From Penicillus capitatus (Eukaryota > Plantae > Chlorophyta), in assembly GCA_965649825.1 (NCBI GenBank), contig OZ287705.1:638990-702989 (forward strand): a stretch of 64,000 bases of DNA, given 5' to 3'. Position numbers and translations under genes: made by a program. Below are positions 60,346-64,000 of this stretch, piece by piece (within the stretch, counting starts at the first letter, position 1; every line of letters begins with the position of its first letter). A model generated the notes under the pieces. The model was given only the letters and a program-made list of their open reading frames with translations. It was not told the DNA's origin and did not search any database.

Positions 60346-62896
60346 ATGTCCAGTCCAGAACAGACCCAGCTGGACGGCGCCGTCGAAACGGCAAAGGACG
60401 AGGACGCAGGTCTCGTAACGGATGCAGCACCTGCTGGCGTTTTACCGTCCACAACGGAGAAACTCTCTCAGCAAGCCGCGACGGTCGAAACCCCATACGG
60501 CGGCGTGACAGACAACGTCGTCAGCGACATGCAAATAGACGGCCCTCAAACAACACCCGAAGGCACCAGTACGTACCAACAAGCATCACCAAAGGAGCCG
60601 GATGCGTCGAAGAGCGGAAAACCACAACCCAGGTGCCACGATGCGTTTAACCACCCCCACCACTCCGACGACGACACCACCCGCTATATGAAGACCCTTT
60701 CCAACGAAGCTTGTCCGTTACTTCGTGTTCTTTGACCGAGTGGCTGGTCTGGAATGTTTGACGGGAGCTTTGCTTCGCTCTAGATCTATTGGTGGTGGTT
60801 ATGCTGCATCCATGATGTTTGGTGCCTAGGGAACCGCATCATCTGGAACAAGAACAAGAATTGATCGATTACGAAGTGGAAGAGGAGGATATGCTTCCGT
60901 CCAAAAAGAAAGAAACGGCGAAACAGCCGCTACGTACTGGAGAAAAGCAGCAGCCTGCCAGAATTTCGTGGAATGCATGGGCTGGGCCAGCTGCTGTGGA
61001 TCAGGCCAAACGCGCCGCAGAAATGCGAGAGATGGAAAAGAAAGACACATCGCTGCTGGCCGACAAAGGCATGCCGATGTCCGACGGGCGAAAGCACAGA
61101 GAGATGGGCGGAAACAACAGTGGACTCTCTTCTGGACGATACGGCCGTCCGGCGGTCGACGTCACACGCAATCATCATCGAGATCAACGTCGTTTTGGCG
61201 TGAGAGATCCTGGAGGTGGCGGCGGTGGCGGCGGCGGTAGAGAGCGATCTCCCAATCGGCGCTCGTATCGCGCGTTGCCTTACTCCAGATCCGCCGACGG
61301 AAACATAAGAAGAGGCACGGCAGCCTCGAGAGGTGCCATGCCTCCGGGGATGAATTACGGTAAAGCTTCCACAACTCATTTTGTGAATTCTGGTTCATTG
61401 AAACCCGTGCATCCTTCAGCACGTCCGATGGCTGCTCAAGGAATGCCTCCAGGATTGGGCGTGACTGGATCTGCTGCGGACGCTGCTCTGCCGCCACGAA
61501 ATCTTGCGCGTCCTTCTCAACACCCGCCATCTGTGGAGCATCGCCGAACGGCAATGAAGGATGGACACATGCATCGATCTCGATCGCCACCGCATCGTCC
61601 GGAACGTTTTTCAAGGCAAGGCTCTCTGCCGAGATATGATAAGTATCAAAGGCCGCATCCATCTCCACCACCCCGTCATCCAGAAGTGCTGCCGCCATCC
61701 GTGCATCGATCCAGGAGTCCTCCGCCCAATCGCGACGGCGCTGTGCCCTATACCGAACGACCGAGTGTCCAGAGACAGCCATCTCAGCGCGGCAGCAGTG
61801 GCGGCGGCGGCGGCGGCGGCCGTTCCCAACTGCCACTCCCGCAGCAGCAACAACGTCAAGAGCATCTGCCGCATGTACCTTACCGTGGTCAGAGATTGGA
61901 CAATGGTCCATCGCTAAGGCTGAGAGATGGCGTGCCAGCATCGCCTCGACGCTTTATACCTCCAGTAAGATACTTGAGCCCTCCGCGTTTCTGATTGAAG
62001 CAAGGCATGAACTTGATAATAGGACAAGCGTGACCTGCCTTATCAAAGACCGCACCCAGCAGGGGCGATGGAACCGCATCAATACAACCGTGGCTTCGCA
62101 GGAAATGCGATGCGACATCCTGGATCTGCTCGCTGGTCGCCGCCACCAAGAGATCACCACCATCCGCGACGACCCCTCTCTCCAAACGTGCATCGCTCTG
62201 GAGCACCGCGCCGTTCTCCTCCTCTCGCTCAGCCGCCTCTGAGACGACCTCCACGAGATCTCTCTCCGCCGTTGCGTCCAAGAAGAGATTCCGGAGACGG
62301 TGGGAGTTTTCGAAGAAGAGGCGATCCGCCTGTGCGTCCAGACTACTTCAATGGCGAACGAGATCGTCGTCCGTATGGTGGACTGCCGCCTCGTGGTGAA
62401 CCCGATTCGGATCGCCGTATGGAGACGTCAGCTGGAGGCCGTTACGGAAATCATCATCGCGATCCGCCGCACTCTCCTGGAAGAAATGTCAAGCGTCCGA
62501 GGCACAGTCCTCCTCCAGCTGAGCAACGGTATCCTCTTATGCAAGAGAATTCGTGTGATCTTTTCTATATTGGTTTCCAGTTTTCGCCGTGAACCCGCCG
62601 CCACGCATCATCGCAATCTCATGAACTCGCCGCATGAAAATCCGCCGAATCCCGATGTCGCCTCGACCGTCGTCTTGCGACATCCCGAGACCGAGTGCGC
62701 CTGGTATTATGTGGATCCACAGGGCAACACACAAGGCCCGTGCACGATCGCACAGTTCAGAAGCTGGCTGAGAACTTTGGCAGAGGATCCTCGATTCGCC
62801 GACGAGTACAAGCAGTTCATGTCCGTCGATGTTTGGAAAGAAGGCATGCAGAAAAAACAGCTGATGACGGAACTCTTGCAGCACAACAATCCTTGA
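60346..62896 (+). CDS. Large Pro/Arg/Gly-rich low-complexity protein with a C-terminal GYF-like domain
   Basis: Open frames at 60346, 60819 and 62068 with SPP/RS-rich and poly-Gly tracts. The final exon joins in frame (CAACG|GT...CCAG|T) to WYYVDPQGNTQGPCTIAQFRSW, a GYF-type motif. Internal junctions are uncertain. Confidence 0.65.
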
Positions 62897-63221
62897 TGGA
62901 CCCTACCCACCTATCCCATAAATCGATGCTTCTGTGCAAGCGCTCTGGGTGGTTGCACGGCACTGGACAGACGAACCTAACCGCAGCTATTTATTCTCGA
63001 ATCACCATGGACTGGAGACACACACGCTATGGATCGATCACATCGTGGGTCCGTCGGTACGAAAGGACGGTTCAGTTGGGCAACGGACGCTTTACAATTT
63101 TTCTATTCTGTTTTGGAAATACCATCATGCCGCAGGATCTTTCTGGAATGGTGTTTTACGCACGTGGTGGTGATGGCCGACAACACCCTTGTCTCAACAA
63201 CAGCCTTTGTCTTCTGAGCCC

Positions 63222-64000
63222 TTATTCTCGATTGAGGACGTCCTGCATTTTCGTTCTTTCTTGCTGCTCCATAACGAACATCAGATCCGCTTTCAATGCC
63301 TAAGATTTAAAACGGTGCTGAGGTGACGCTAGCATACATGACAGCATTCTGTTCACCACCTTTTCAGCCATCGATATGAACGCTTTCTGTGCGAGCGGCA
63401 GTTGAGATGTCCATTTCCAGAAATCCACAGACACTCTCTGCAGCACACGGATCTCGCTGTCGCTGACTGGAAGGCACACGTGGAGCTGATGAATGTGTCT
63501 CCTCTTCTCTCGTACGCCGGAAGCGCTCACGTGCAGGACGGATGTCACACTGCAGGGAGGATGGAAGAAGGACTCGATTCCCTGTCCTCTCCAATCCACT
63601 AGCATCACGCAATCACGTCATCCAGACGCATAGACAAGACGGATCACGTGCGTTGGGCATCGGCGGCTGACGGTTGGAACCAGTGACCGAAGAGAGGATT
63701 TGCGGGTGTGACCTTCTCATCCAGCAGATGCGACATCAGCAGTCCTTTGTCCAGCGGAACGGTCGTTTCCACTTCGGAGAGGGTCACAAAGGCATCTGAC
63801 AGTTCGGCAAAGGAAGGCATCTCCTGAAAGCCATCCCCCTTCGATGTCATCAGGTTAGAGAGAAACGCACGGGTGATGGGGATGTCTGCGGTTCAGGCCA
63901 GACCCACAGGATCCCATCCTTCTCCAAGACTGGAAGCGATTCGATCCGGATGCCTGGCTGGAAGACGGTGCTCGGCATCTTGACACAACTGCCACTGCTG
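63222..64000 (-). CDS. CAO: Chlorophyllide a oxygenase-like Rieske protein, 3' part (5' end beyond the window), with a degenerate mononuclear-iron motif
   Basis: GSCVKMPSTVFQPGIRIESLPVLEKDGILWVWP (end of the Rieske domain); VPLDKGLLMSHLLD; FFHPPCSV; HIHQLHVCLPVSDSEIRVLQRVSVDF; AEKV|ALKADLMFVMEQQER match plant CAO (G.C.KMPST..SLP..G..WIWP; HGLLLDNLLD; EF.PPC; HLHQLHVCLP; QVLNEDLRLV.GQQ). Confidence 0.85.

Overview
Eukaryotic nuclear DNA from a photosynthetic organism, most likely a green alga. The evidence is a transit-peptide-bearing fibrillin FBN5, a CAO-like gene, the standard genetic code, and very dense ~46-55 nt spliceosomal introns, which break the ORF track into fragments. Most of 1-59 kb is an accessory, cell-surface/secretome-like cluster. 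It holds eight paralogous ankyrin-repeat genes (A-H) with about 60 repeat exons in total. Each repeat is a symmetric phase-0 exon of typically 99-102 nt plus a ~50 nt intron. All seven genes with a visible 5' end start with a signal-peptide-like exon; five of these end in a soluble two-Cys cap (as does partial gene A) and two (E, G) end in a transmembrane anchor. Variation is concentrated at the hairpin and helix-1 positions that form the ankyrin binding face, and there is direct sequence evidence of exon-block duplication, intron homogenisation and mosaicism between paralogues. This looks like a natural DARPin-like extracellular binder repertoire and is the best candidate for an undescribed system. 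The cluster also contains three intact giant beta-helix (GGAI/FxxN) + Cys-rich + multi-TM proteins and one decayed fragment, a small secreted DM13 protein, and a frameshifted XPF/ERCC4 copy whose C-terminal half lies upstream of its N-terminal half. From 59 kb the genes look ordinary: FBN5, a GYF-domain protein, and a CAO-like gene lacking the mononuclear-iron motif. All exon models were built by hand from GT/GC-AG sites and frame continuity. No database searches were run.
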